From an uncultured Chlamydiae bacterium (GTDB taxonomy: Bacteria; Chlamydiota; Chlamydiia; Chlamydiales; Parachlamydiaceae), in NCBI GenBank assembly GCA_963754655.1, contig CAVWGN010000001.1:1536001-1600000 (forward strand): DNA of 64,000 bases. Reading direction: 5' to 3'. The notes beneath the pieces are model-generated. The model saw only the letters and a list, made by a program, of their open reading frames with translations, made no database searches and was not told where the DNA came from. Below are positions 45,119 through 54,567 of the stretch, piece by piece. The translations under genes and the position numbers were made by a program. Positions within the stretch are counted from its first letter, which is position 1; each line of letters opens with the position of its first letter.

Positions 45119-45243
45119 TAAATCTCCTGCGCCGCTTGCCGATGTCGCAACAGTGAAAGAGACGCAAAGAATATGCAAGAAATGCAAACAAGTATACTTT
45201 TGTCCTTTTCCGCATTTTTTCCGCAATTGAGTGGAAACATATT

Positions 45244-46040
45244 CTATGTATTTTCTCCCGTATCTTCGATTCTTATCTGCATATTGTACAGACTAGCGTA
45301 AGTCTTATCTAAAGCAATAAGCTCTTCATGCGTTCCTTGTTCTTCAATTCCCTTATCTGTCAGCACTAGAATTCTCTGAGCATTTCTGATTGTTGACAAG
45401 CGGTGCGCTATAACAAGAGTTGTGCGATTCCTCATCAATCTTTCAAGGGAATTTTGCACAGCTCTTTCGCTTTCGTTATCAAGGCTGCTCGTGGCTTCGT
45501 CGAAAATGATGATAGGAGGATTTTTTAGGAAGACACGGGCGATGCTGAGCCGTTGCTTCTGCCCTCCGGAAAGTTTAACTCCGCGCTGGCCAATATCTGT
45601 AGAATATCCTTTTGGAAGCATCATAATAAAATCATGCGCATTGGCTTGTTTGGCTGCGGCGATGATTTCTCCTTCTGATGCATCAGGTTTTCCATAGCGG
45701 ATGTTTTCTAGAACTGTGCCGGCAAAAAGGTAGATATCCTGCTGGACAAGGCCAATGTTTTTTCTCAGCGATTCTAGCTTAAGGTTTTTAATATCTTGGC
45801 CATCGACCAATATTTTCCCTTCACTGGCTTCATAAAACCTAGGAATTAAAGAACAAAGAGTCGTCTTCCCAACTCCTGAAAATCCAACCAGGGCTATGTA
45901 TTCTGCAACATTTATTTTCAGGGAGATATTTTTCAAAACGTGGTCATGGCCCTCTCTATATTTAAAGCTGACCGCTTTGAATTCTATTTCTCCCCGAACC
46001 TGATCCAGCCCTTCAGCATTTTTTTGGGTTTGATAACGCC
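45244..46040 (-). pseudogene. 5'-truncated ABC exporter (MsbA-like nucleotide-binding domain only)
   Basis: Upstream in frame reads VRGEIEFKAVSFKY; Walker A, LSGGQKQR, DEATSSLD, IAHRLST; no transmembrane domain or credible start. Confidence 0.75.
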
Positions 46041-46059
46041 ACGTAAATCATTAAGATCT

Positions 46060-46242
46060 CCCTACGCAAACAAGGAAGAGTGGAATGACCGTCATGGATG
46101 CTGGTCTAGCCTTCCACTTCATAACTTTGCTAGCCATGAAGTGCATGCTTTCAGAATGCTAGCTGTGGGTATGAACAAGCTTGCTAGTAAAGGTTTATCT
46201 GCTGAAGAGCGGAGGAGTTTAAGACAACAATATATCGTTTAG
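46060..46242 (+). pseudogene. C-terminal fragment of a phage terminase large subunit
   Basis: EWNDRHGCWSSLPLHNFASHEVHAFRMLAVG resembles the terminase C-terminal pattern KEW-D-x-G-x-W-x3-PLH-x-W/F-x-SH-GADAFRYLA (from memory). Confidence 0.6.
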
Positions 46243-46306
46243 CAGAAAGAAACTGTTTATATTCCAATAATCATATCTCTTTCAGGCTAAACAATGACCG
46301 TGATTT

Positions 46307-46888
46307 TTAGTCATTCATACCGCTATCCCAATGATCTGAATCTTCATATGTTGGTACTTCAATAAAGTTTACATTCTCTTCACTCCAATGTTTTTCCTTG
46401 CTATGGCTTGAATGTTGAACTCCATCTTTGGTTGTCCAGTGCGAGGTTGGAAATTGACTAATTTTCTCCCATTCCAATCTCACTCTTACATGATCAGATT
46501 CAAGTAATTTTTTATCTACACCTTCAGCTATCAAATAAGTGTGTAAAAGATTTTGCGTTTGTCTTGAATTTGAAATCACTCTAGGTATGCAGGTCAAAAG
46601 ACGGATAGGAAATGTAAGTACGTCTAAAACTAAAGAAGCTAAAATAGCAAAAACTTTACCTACTGTGTGCTGCACTTTAATTGCATGATTAAAAGTAGTA
46701 GGAAGGAAAAAATCTTTTGAAAAATTTTTCAAGTTATTTGTTCGAACAGGTTTGAAAGTAGCGGGAATAATAGCTACTGTACTTTTGCCCTGAACGTAAC
46801 CTTTAACTTGCAAAAATTCTTTACTTGTAAGCTGTTTTTCCCACGCACTATTATTATCTAAATTAGAAACTTTTATACAAAACGACAT
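46307..46888 (-). CDS. Hypothetical protein with a central hydrophobic segment
   Basis: 193-aa ORF with GGAG SD; VFAILASLVLDVLTFPIRLLTCIP. Confidence 0.65.
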   Translation of the reverse strand: MSFCIKVSNLDNNSAWEKQLTSKEFLQVKGYVQGKSTVAIIPATFKPVRTNNLKNFSKDFFLPTTFNHAIKVQHTVGKVFAILASLVLDVLTFPIRLLTCIPRVISNSRQTQNLLHTYLIAEGVDKKLLESDHVRVRLEWEKISQFPTSHWTTKDGVQHSSHSKEKHWSEENVNFIEVPTYEDSDHWDSGMND

Positions 46889-47164
46889 TTACAACTCCGT
46901 TTTCATTATTAATAACAAAAGTTATACTTTGATATTGATTTTTTTGCAATATGTTTTTTGACATTGTTTTTGACTTGGGTGTGATTAAATCTGGGAGTTT
47001 ATATTTTTTAGCAGATTGATACGAAATGGTAGGGCGGCGGTAGCCGCTTTCAGTGGGAAGCCCCGTATGAAGCGAGCTTGCGAACGGAATGCGGGGTGCG
47101 CATCAATAAATATAAACCGCGGAAGCGGTGTGAGTGATCTTACGCTGCTTCCGCAGCTCAATGC

Positions 47165-47385
47165 TATCTTGCCTACAATCAATAGGACACGCTGCCCAAC
47201 AAGAGCGTAATAAATTCTAATGCCCGCTTTATGATGAATACGAAATTCCCAAAGCCCCCTCTTCTATGGGCTTGCAGTCACCGAAATTCCCCAGCTTGAT
47301 TATCAAAATCTTTCAAGCTATCCAACCATTCGCGGAAGGGCTCGTTTCTATTTTCAGTTGCGTAGATTTTGATTTCATATTCCAT
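47165..47385 (-). pseudogene. Frameshifted RelE/ParE-family (addiction-module killer/HigB-like) toxin
   Basis: MEYEIKIYATENRNEPFREWLDSLKD, then shifted frames KLGNFGDCKPIEEG and WEFRIHHKAGIRIYYA; internal deletion; no antitoxin follows. Confidence 0.75.
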
Positions 47386-47391
47386 CTCTTT

Positions 47392-47420
47392 ATTGTACAC
47401 GATAAGACACTTTTGTTCAA
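47392..47420 (-). promoter_or_regulatory. Sigma70/66-type promoter of the toxin pseudogene (leaderless)
   Basis: TTGAAC-N17-TACAAT, 6 nt before the ATG. Confidence 0.6.
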
Positions 47421-47630
47421 TATAGTAGACAGAAAAATAAAGATTAAAGAGAGGCGCCTTCTGCTCTTTTTCAAGTATTATAACAAGTTAGCTAATTGGA
47501 CCAATGGTGGACCAAATAGGGACAGCAAATTACATGATATCACATTAAATTAGAATAGACTGAAATGCCTTGAGACTGCTATTTTGGTTGATGTCAGCTA
47601 TTGTAGCATGTGGTAGTTTGGGGATCGCTG

Positions 47631-47680
47631 ACAGACTCATAACCCGTTAGTCGTAGGTTCAAATCCCTTACCCTCAGGCA
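47631..47680 (+). other. Degenerate 3' half of a tRNA (CAT anticodon); probable att scar
   Basis: CTCATAA anticodon loop, CCCGTTAGTC, GTAGGTTCAAATCC T-arm; no D-arm or acceptor 5' strand. Confidence 0.65.
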
Positions 47681-47723
47681 TTTTTATTAAAAGATGTGAC
47701 AATCAACAAATCTTAATATTCTG

Positions 47724-47796
47724 CCACTTGCGATCCTGTACATCCATATTTATACAATAGAGAAAAAGAAAGATACGCACGCAGGATCGCAAGTGG
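47724..47796. repeat. Short inverted-repeat element
   Basis: CCACTTGCGATCCTG ... CAGGATCGCAAGTGG perfect 15-bp IR with a 43-nt spacer. Confidence 0.75.
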
Positions 47797-47811
47797 AAAG
47801 TCTCGGTGAAG

Positions 47812-49551
47812 TTAATCTTCTTGAGAAAAAATAAAATGGAAACTTGATTTCTGAGCTTGAATGATAAGCTTGGTTTGATCCTGGGTGATTTTAAGCGGTA
47901 TGACCTTCTGTTCTTTAAAAGCTTTCATGAGTACTGAATCTTCATGCAGCTCTGGTGGAATGACGAGTTCATAAGAATCTCCTTCAAATCCGATGAAATT
48001 TTTAAGTGTCTTCTTTCTGTGAAGATCTAATTCGTATTCTTTTTGATCGATTGTCACTATCATTTTAGAATGGAAAGATCGTTGGCCAAAATTCAATAAA
48101 CGTGCCGTGATCTCTTGTAAGCGAATCGTCCTTATATTTGCTCGCTCGCTTTGGTAATTATGAACAGTTGTTTGGAAATCGCCTTGCTTGTCCTCCTCCT
48201 CTACAGGTAAGGCATTTTCTTCTAAAATGTCATGACTCGTCTCTTCATCCAACGGTTCAAATTGCCACTCTTCTTCATCGATTGTTTTGAAGAAAAACCC
48301 TTTTTGTCCTTGATGCTGTCCTGCTAATCTCAATTCACGTGCCTGATTGCCAGAACCAGTTTGCAGAATGGTAATTGCTTTGGTAATAAAATCGCCTTCT
48401 TTAAGTTCTATTGGATGAGAGATCCATTGAGGTAGGGGGACAATAACAACATCTGGATCTGGATGATCAAAGTAATCATATTTTAAAATAGGATCCCATC
48501 CCTCTGAATCAATATCGGCAAGGCGTGTATAAATTTTCAGAGTGCGATGCCTTGGATTGTCCTTTTGAACTTCATACCCAATTGCCATAATGACAGACGC
48601 ACTGGCGCTCATGTTCTCTGCCTCAAAAGAGCTCTCAGAAGTTTCAGGTAAAGGAATACTGATTTTGACATGTTTGGGCGACCAAGGATCGAATTGATAA
48701 ATATCTTTGCCATTGCAATCCAAAACATATAAAGTCGTTACGCCCACAGAGACTTTATGATGACGTTTAAGTCGATCCTCTAAAAAATCGTTATAACGTC
48801 CACGCTGTGAAATAGCCCAAGCCCGAGCCTTTGACGGAATTTTGAGACGTTTTACAGTAAATAAATTGACTACATGATGGATATAGGGAAGGGAAAACCA
48901 CTTATCTTTCCAATTATCGCGATCTGCTTTATTAACTGCAATATAGTCATCCTTCTCAACATCCACTCCTGCTTCAGCTAACCAATCGCGATTTTTATCC
49001 GTGATGTCTTGTTTTCGAAATTCTTTTAAAACCTTTTTATAATGAATCTCATTCTTTTCATCTAACACAATCAAATTCGCTCCATCGCACTCCAATGCTA
49101 AAGGCACATGCCCGTCGCTAAATCCATCAAAATAAATAGGTTTCCAATCTTCTTCACTCTGCCGGTGCCGCATCCAAAGAATATCATTTTCAAGGGCAAA
49201 TTCTTGAATATGATTAAACACTCGCGTTTTAGACTTGAGTTCAATGGGATAATTTGAAGGGGGAATGGCCTGTTCTGCTTTGCGAAAGTATTTTGCTTTC
49301 GCCTCTTGAATTCTTGACTCTCGAATTTCTCTTGCAAGTATTCCCCAACCTACTACAGAGGTCAATAATATGATTTTCTCAAAAATGGCCCATACAACTA
49401 TTCCTATTTTGTTCCAGCCATGATGCTCTTCTTTCAGCCATTTTACATGCTTTCCTATCCACGATTGCTTTTCCGCGGCAGGAATCACTTTAGCCGGTTT
49501 AAATTCATGTGGGTCAAAAAAAATAAAATCATTAATTTCGGAAGACATCAT
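47812..49551 (-). CDS. Hypothetical 579-aa protein with an N-terminal hydrophobic hairpin
   Basis: Long ORF; IGIVVWAIFEKIILLTSVVGWGILA. Confidence 0.7.
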   Translation of the reverse strand: MMSSEINDFIFFDPHEFKPAKVIPAAEKQSWIGKHVKWLKEEHHGWNKIGIVVWAIFEKIILLTSVVGWGILAREIRESRIQEAKAKYFRKAEQAIPPSNYPIELKSKTRVFNHIQEFALENDILWMRHRQSEEDWKPIYFDGFSDGHVPLALECDGANLIVLDEKNEIHYKKVLKEFRKQDITDKNRDWLAEAGVDVEKDDYIAVNKADRDNWKDKWFSLPYIHHVVNLFTVKRLKIPSKARAWAISQRGRYNDFLEDRLKRHHKVSVGVTTLYVLDCNGKDIYQFDPWSPKHVKISIPLPETSESSFEAENMSASASVIMAIGYEVQKDNPRHRTLKIYTRLADIDSEGWDPILKYDYFDHPDPDVVIVPLPQWISHPIELKEGDFITKAITILQTGSGNQARELRLAGQHQGQKGFFFKTIDEEEWQFEPLDEETSHDILEENALPVEEEDKQGDFQTTVHNYQSERANIRTIRLQEITARLLNFGQRSFHSKMIVTIDQKEYELDLHRKKTLKNFIGFEGDSYELVIPPELHEDSVLMKAFKEQKVIPLKITQDQTKLIIQAQKSSFHFIFSQED

Positions 49552-49736
49552 TTTTAATACACTTTAAAGTTTTTGTGGATTTATTTTTGTGAGTTTAGAT
49601 TTCTATTATAATGATCTTTTTTTTTAAATAAATAAATTTTGAAATTGTACACGGTCGCAGGTAAGTTCATTGGATTTTTTTCCAACTAAAATATCTTGAT
49701 ATGGTAAACCAGAAAAAAAGAAATTGAGTAGATCTT

Positions 49737-51146
49737 ATGTTTTTTCAACGCATTTGTACACCTGGCTTATCGATTAATTCTTATTTACTAGGAGATGATC
49801 ACACGAAACGTTGCGCTGTCATCGATCCTACGCGGCATGTGTTTCCCTTTATCATCCAAGCTCAGAATGCAGGTTACGACATTACAGATATTTTGGAGAC
49901 ACATGTTCATGCGGATTTTATTTCAGGGGCAAAAGAGCTTAAACATCAACTCAATGATAAACCGCGTATTTATGCTTCTGGAATGGGGGGGAAGAAGTGG
50001 ATTCCTGCCTATACCGATGTTGTAGTAGAGAAGGGAATGCAACTTCAAATGGGGAGCTTGCGTCTTGAACCTCTTCATACACCCGGACATACACCCGAAC
50101 ATATTATATGGATATGTTATGATGAATCTCGCAGTTCAGACATTCCGTGGTTTGCTTTTACAGGAGATTGCCTGTTTGTTGGAAGCATTGGGCGTCCTGA
50201 TTTACTGGGTAAAGAAGAACTGTCTCTATTGGCTTCAAAGCTTTACCATACAGTTTTTGAGGTATTAGCCCCTCTGCCCGATTTTTTAGAGATCTTTCCT
50301 ACGCATGGAGAAGGATCTTTATGCGGGCAATCTCTTAAATCGCGATCAACCTCTACACTTGGTTTTGAACGTCTTTTCAATCCTTATTTTAAAAAAGAAT
50401 CTCAAGAGAAATGGATACAAAACGTAGAAAAGAGGTTACCGCCTATTCCAGGTTACTTTCAGCGTGCAAAAATCATCAATGTTGTGGGTCCCCCCATTTT
50501 AAGTTCATTAAACATGACCAAATGGATTCAACAAGAAAATATGCCTGCTTTAGAAACGCTTTTTCTCTTAGATGTGCGTCATCACGAAACCTTTGCAGCT
50601 TCTCACATAAAAGGATCGATGAATATTCCCTTTTCAAAAAGTTTTAACCAGTGGGCGGGTTGGATGCTTCCTGCTAAAACCTCTATTGGTTTAATTGTTG
50701 AAAATACATCTGTTTATTCAGAAGTTGTGGATCAATTGCGTTTAATGGGATTTGATCAAGATATTTGGATCATTCAATTGGGAGAAAATGATCAAACTCT
50801 CCAAGGGGTTTTTTCCTCTTTTCCTATGATTGAAGTAGAAGAATTGGCCAAGCATCAACCACAATTTGAATCTCTCTATGTGTTAGATGTTCGTACGCCT
50901 GAAGAATGGTTTTCAGGTCATATTCCAGGAGCACATCACATCGTGCTTAATGAGCTGGAAAACTCATTAAATAAATTGCCGCAAAACCAATCAATTGCTT
51001 TGTTGTGCAGAAGCGGTCAAAGATCTTCTTTGGCTACTTCATTATTATGTAAGCATGGCTTCTCAGCGGTCATGAATGTCAGAGGTGGAATACAGGCTTG
51101 GAAGCAAGCAGGCTTGCCTTTAAAAGTAGGAAATGGCATTGAGTGA
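49737..51146 (+). CDS. MBL-fold persulfide dioxygenase-rhodanese fusion (CstB-like)
   Basis: ETHVHADF, HTPGHTPEH, TGDCLF, two rhodanese domains, active-site CRSGQRS. Confidence 0.88.
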   Translation: MFFQRICTPGLSINSYLLGDDHTKRCAVIDPTRHVFPFIIQAQNAGYDITDILETHVHADFISGAKELKHQLNDKPRIYASGMGGKKWIPAYTDVVVEKGMQLQMGSLRLEPLHTPGHTPEHIIWICYDESRSSDIPWFAFTGDCLFVGSIGRPDLLGKEELSLLASKLYHTVFEVLAPLPDFLEIFPTHGEGSLCGQSLKSRSTSTLGFERLFNPYFKKESQEKWIQNVEKRLPPIPGYFQRAKIINVVGPPILSSLNMTKWIQQENMPALETLFLLDVRHHETFAASHIKGSMNIPFSKSFNQWAGWMLPAKTSIGLIVENTSVYSEVVDQLRLMGFDQDIWIIQLGENDQTLQGVFSSFPMIEVEELAKHQPQFESLYVLDVRTPEEWFSGHIPGAHHIVLNELENSLNKLPQNQSIALLCRSGQRSSLATSLLCKHGFSAVMNVRGGIQAWKQAGLPLKVGNGIE

Positions 51147-51168
51147 ATCTTTTCATAGGAGGGTAATC

Positions 51169-51846
51169 ATGACAACAATCTTATCTCATCAAAGCAATCT
51201 TCAAATCGGAGATATTGCTCCGAATTTTCAGGCCGAAACAACAGAGGGAACCATTTCATTTCATGAATGGATTGGAAATTCTTGGTGTGTCTTTTTTTCG
51301 CATCCAAAAGATTTCACACCGGTATGCACAACGGAATTAGGGGCTGTGGCCCACTTAAAAGGAGAATTTAATAGGCGAAATGTGAAATCCATTGCTCTTA
51401 GCGTCAGTTCGGTGAAAGATCATCAAAATTGGATTAAAGATATCAATGAAACACAAGATACAACAGTCAATTTTCCTTTGATTGGTGACGAAAATGGATG
51501 TATCGCGCATCTTTATGGAATGATTCATCCTAAAGCAAATGATACCTTTACAGTGAGGACAGTTTTTATTATCGATCCTCAGAAAAAAATTCGATTGACT
51601 TTGAGTTATCCAGCCTCGACAGGGCGCAATTTTAAAGAAATTTTGCGCACAATTGACTCTCTTCAATTAACTGACACTTGTTGTGTGGCTACGCCTGCTA
51701 ATTGGGAATGGGGGCAAGAATGCGTCATTTTGCCGAGTGTAACAGATTCAGAGAAAATTAAAAAATTATTTCCAAAAGGTTATAAACAATTAAAACCTTA
51801 TTTACGTCTGACGCCCCAGCCAGAACAGAACTTCAATACTTATTGA
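51169..51846 (+). CDS. 1-Cys peroxiredoxin (Prx6 type)
   Basis: FSHPKDFTPVCTTE, YPASTGRNF; AGGAGG before ATG 51169. Confidence 0.92.
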   Translation: MTTILSHQSNLQIGDIAPNFQAETTEGTISFHEWIGNSWCVFFSHPKDFTPVCTTELGAVAHLKGEFNRRNVKSIALSVSSVKDHQNWIKDINETQDTTVNFPLIGDENGCIAHLYGMIHPKANDTFTVRTVFIIDPQKKIRLTLSYPASTGRNFKEILRTIDSLQLTDTCCVATPANWEWGQECVILPSVTDSEKIKKLFPKGYKQLKPYLRLTPQPEQNFNTY

Positions 51847-51880
51847 TGCGAAGCAGCATTAGCCACGCATAAAAACGTTA

Positions 51881-51926
51881 AGCCATATGTAGTAACACAG
51901 CACCTCCTGCGCCACTACATATGGCT
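51881..51926. terminator. Hairpin between convergent genes
   Basis: AGCCATATGTAGT...ACTACATATGGCT 13-bp IR. Confidence 0.55.
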
Positions 51927-51960
51927 AACAATGCACATTGAATCACTTGTTAAAGATCCT

Positions 51961-52164
51961 TTAATGACCTTGGCAATTTGCATTACCACAACAAGATTGT
52001 TGAGTTCCACAATTACAGCCTTTGTCGCTATAGCATCCACAGTGTGATTGAATGGTACATTTGCAATCCTTGCATGTACAATTTCGTTTTTGTGGTTGTT
52101 GTGAAAATAACAAACCTGTGCTAACTAAAGAAAATCCTAAAATCATTAAGATAAAAAACTTCAT
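51961..52164 (-). CDS. Small secreted Cys-rich (metallothionein-like) protein, 67 aa
   Basis: AAGGAG SD, signal peptide MKFFILMILGFSLV, CxCxxCxC...CGC...CNC...CC tail. Confidence 0.7.
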   Translation of the reverse strand: MKFFILMILGFSLVSTGLLFSQQPQKRNCTCKDCKCTIQSHCGCYSDKGCNCGTQQSCCGNANCQGH

Positions 52165-52239
52165 AAATGTCTCCTTGATTGACCAAACACGCTTTCTATT
52201 GAACAATATCAAATATTTTATAGATAAAGTAAAGAAAGT

Positions 52240-53784
52240 TTAATAGCGAAGCCCCCGGGGAATAAAGTATAAATCTAATAAATCAAATGTAAATTGAACG
52301 CAAATAGCTAACATACAAGCAGGTATGGCCCCAGCTAGCAAAGTGGAATAATCATTTAGTGCCAAGCCTGCCACAATTCTTTCTCCATAACCGCCAGCTC
52401 CAATAAAGGCAGCAATTGTCGCCATTCCGACATTGAAAACAGCAGCTGTTTTAATGCCTGCTAAAATCATCCGTGAAGCCAATGGAATGTCAATCATAGT
52501 TAAACGGTAAAGAAAGGGCAATCCCAATGCTAAGGCTGCGTCACGTAAAGGGCTTGGAATGTTGGTCAATCCCGCATAAGTATTGCGAACAATGGGAAGC
52601 AAAGCATAAAGAAATAAAGCCATCAGTGCAGGCAATGTCCCAATTTCTTTGAAAAGGGGAATAAGGAAAGCCAATAAGGCAAGAGAGGGGATAGTTTGAA
52701 TAGCTGCCACGACATTCAGGATAAAATGGCGGGTTAGATGCCAATAGGCTGCTAAGATGCCTAAAAAAAGGCCGATGAAGATAGCAGGCACTAATGCTCC
52801 AAAAACTAAAAAAAGGTGTTGCCGAGTTAAAGGCCATAAATCTGGTCCTGTCAGCTTTTCCCAAAAATTTCTTGGAAATTCTGAAGGGTTTTTCGAGGAA
52901 TCTTGCAGGAAGTCTCTCCCAATAGTGGCAAATGATTGCCCTTGCAATTCTGCTTGAGCATTTAGCTTCATCATTTCTTGAGTCGATAGGCGATGTTCTA
53001 GACGGTTCTTAAAGCTTTTCCATGTTTTTGGAAAAACCTTCGCTGCTTCGAGGCGATAGAATAAAACTCCTTCGTATGAGGGAAAAAAATGGAGATTATC
53101 TTCTAAAACTCTAAGGTGGTATTTTTTAATTTTCGAGTCAGTGCTATAGATGTCTATGACATCAATTTTCCCTTGAACTAAAGCCTCGTAGCCTAAGCTG
53201 TGATCAATCCCCTTAATATTCGATTGAGGAAAGTAATAAGAGCTTTTTTTTAATCCTACCCATCCATCTGGACGCACTAAAAATTCATGAGAAAAACCCA
53301 GCTTTAAATGAGGATGCTGAGCTAAATCAGAAAGAGTTCTAATCCCTAATGCTTCTGCTTTTGTGTCTTCCATTGCTAAGGCATAATTATCGCGAAATCC
53401 CAATGATTCACTCACTCCTAATTGAAGAGGTTTTAAATAAGAGTTGAGTTCTTTTATAGATGCAGCAGCTAGCTCAGGACGTTTTAAAATCTCAAAGACA
53501 ATCGTTCCCGTATATTCGGGATAGACATCAATTAATCCTTCTTGAAGAGCGGCATAGACAATGCCTGTATTTCCAAGTCCTTGCCGATAATCAATCGGCG
53601 CTTCATTTACTTGTTCAGCCAATTGTTTCACTATTTCTCCTAGGATATAGGATTCTGTAAATCTCTTAGAACCAATTATTAAGGAAGTTTCGGTTGGAGG
53701 GCGAGTGGAGGAATAAAGGAAGAAAAAACCTAAAAATAAAAGAAGAAGATAACATCCTCTTTTTAAAAATAGCCAAGATGTCAC
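52240..53784 (-). CDS. Osmoprotectant (glycine betaine/choline) ABC substrate-binding + permease fusion
   Basis: IGSKRFTESYILGE, YPEYTGT, QTIPSLALL, DAALALG EAA-like loop. Confidence 0.9.
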   Translation of the reverse strand: MTSWLFLKRGCYLLLLFLGFFFLYSSTRPPTETSLIIGSKRFTESYILGEIVKQLAEQVNEAPIDYRQGLGNTGIVYAALQEGLIDVYPEYTGTIVFEILKRPELAAASIKELNSYLKPLQLGVSESLGFRDNYALAMEDTKAEALGIRTLSDLAQHPHLKLGFSHEFLVRPDGWVGLKKSSYYFPQSNIKGIDHSLGYEALVQGKIDVIDIYSTDSKIKKYHLRVLEDNLHFFPSYEGVLFYRLEAAKVFPKTWKSFKNRLEHRLSTQEMMKLNAQAELQGQSFATIGRDFLQDSSKNPSEFPRNFWEKLTGPDLWPLTRQHLFLVFGALVPAIFIGLFLGILAAYWHLTRHFILNVVAAIQTIPSLALLAFLIPLFKEIGTLPALMALFLYALLPIVRNTYAGLTNIPSPLRDAALALGLPFLYRLTMIDIPLASRMILAGIKTAAVFNVGMATIAAFIGAGGYGERIVAGLALNDYSTLLAGAIPACMLAICVQFTFDLLDLYFIPRGLRY

Positions 53785-54533
53785 GAAACAGTCTCTTGGA
53801 TATTCAAAGAGGAAAATTGTTGTAAACGTATAAAATCAGCGACAAAAGGTTCACTTGGATGCTGGGTAAGCTCAAAAAAAGAGCCTTTTTGAACGATGTG
53901 GCCGGCTTTCATGAGGATGATTTCATCTGCGAAGTAAGCAGCCTCTCGGATATCATGTGTGACAAGTAAAATGGTTTTTCCTAACTGCAGAAAAATGTGC
54001 TTGAGTTCGCTCTGTAGTTCAGAGCGTGTAATAGGGTCTAGAGCTCCTAAAGGTTCATCTAAGAGCAAGCAGCTTGGATCAAGTAAAAGAGCGCGCATCA
54101 AGCTGACCCTTTGTCTTTGTCCTCCAGATAATTCTACAGGATAATGCGAGAGTAAGCGAGGAGAAAGGCGCATGAGATCGCTTAACTCTTGAATACGTTG
54201 CTCGATCCATTGAGCAGAATAATTGAGGAAATTTGCCACTAAACAGACATTATGATGAGCAGTTAAGTGGGGAAATAGCCCTCCCTCTTGTGTAACGTAG
54301 CCAATCTGACGACGCCACTGATTGATATTAGAAGAAGTCATTTCACTCTCATCTAAATGGATCGTTCCCCTTGTCTGAGGAATAAGACCAACAATTAAGC
54401 GCAAAAGAGTCGATTTTCCACAACCACTTGGACCAATAATGACAGTGGTACGATCTTCTGCAAATGTCAAAGAGATTTCGATAATCGAATCTGGACCAAA
54501 GATTTTAGAAACCTTATCAAGTTTAATGCGCAT
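53781..54533 (-). CDS. Osmoprotectant ABC transporter ATP-binding subunit
   Basis: GPSGCGKST, LSGGQRQR, LLDEPLGALDP. Confidence 0.92.
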   Translation of the reverse strand: MRIKLDKVSKIFGPDSIIEISLTFAEDRTTVIIGPSGCGKSTLLRLIVGLIPQTRGTIHLDESEMTSSNINQWRRQIGYVTQEGGLFPHLTAHHNVCLVANFLNYSAQWIEQRIQELSDLMRLSPRLLSHYPVELSGGQRQRVSLMRALLLDPSCLLLDEPLGALDPITRSELQSELKHIFLQLGKTILLVTHDIREAAYFADEIILMKAGHIVQKGSFFELTQHPSEPFVADFIRLQQFSSLNIQETVS

Positions 54534-54567
54534 TTTTTTCTTATTAGCCTTTGACTTTACGATATTC

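Noticed and set aside
45940..46242. Intact 100-aa gene
   Set aside because: Chimeric: the first third is antisense to the ABC fragment and the rest is a terminase-like relic.
47600..47680. Functional tRNA-Met/Ile gene
   Set aside because: No D-arm or acceptor pairing and the anticodon stem has mismatches; kept only as an att scar.
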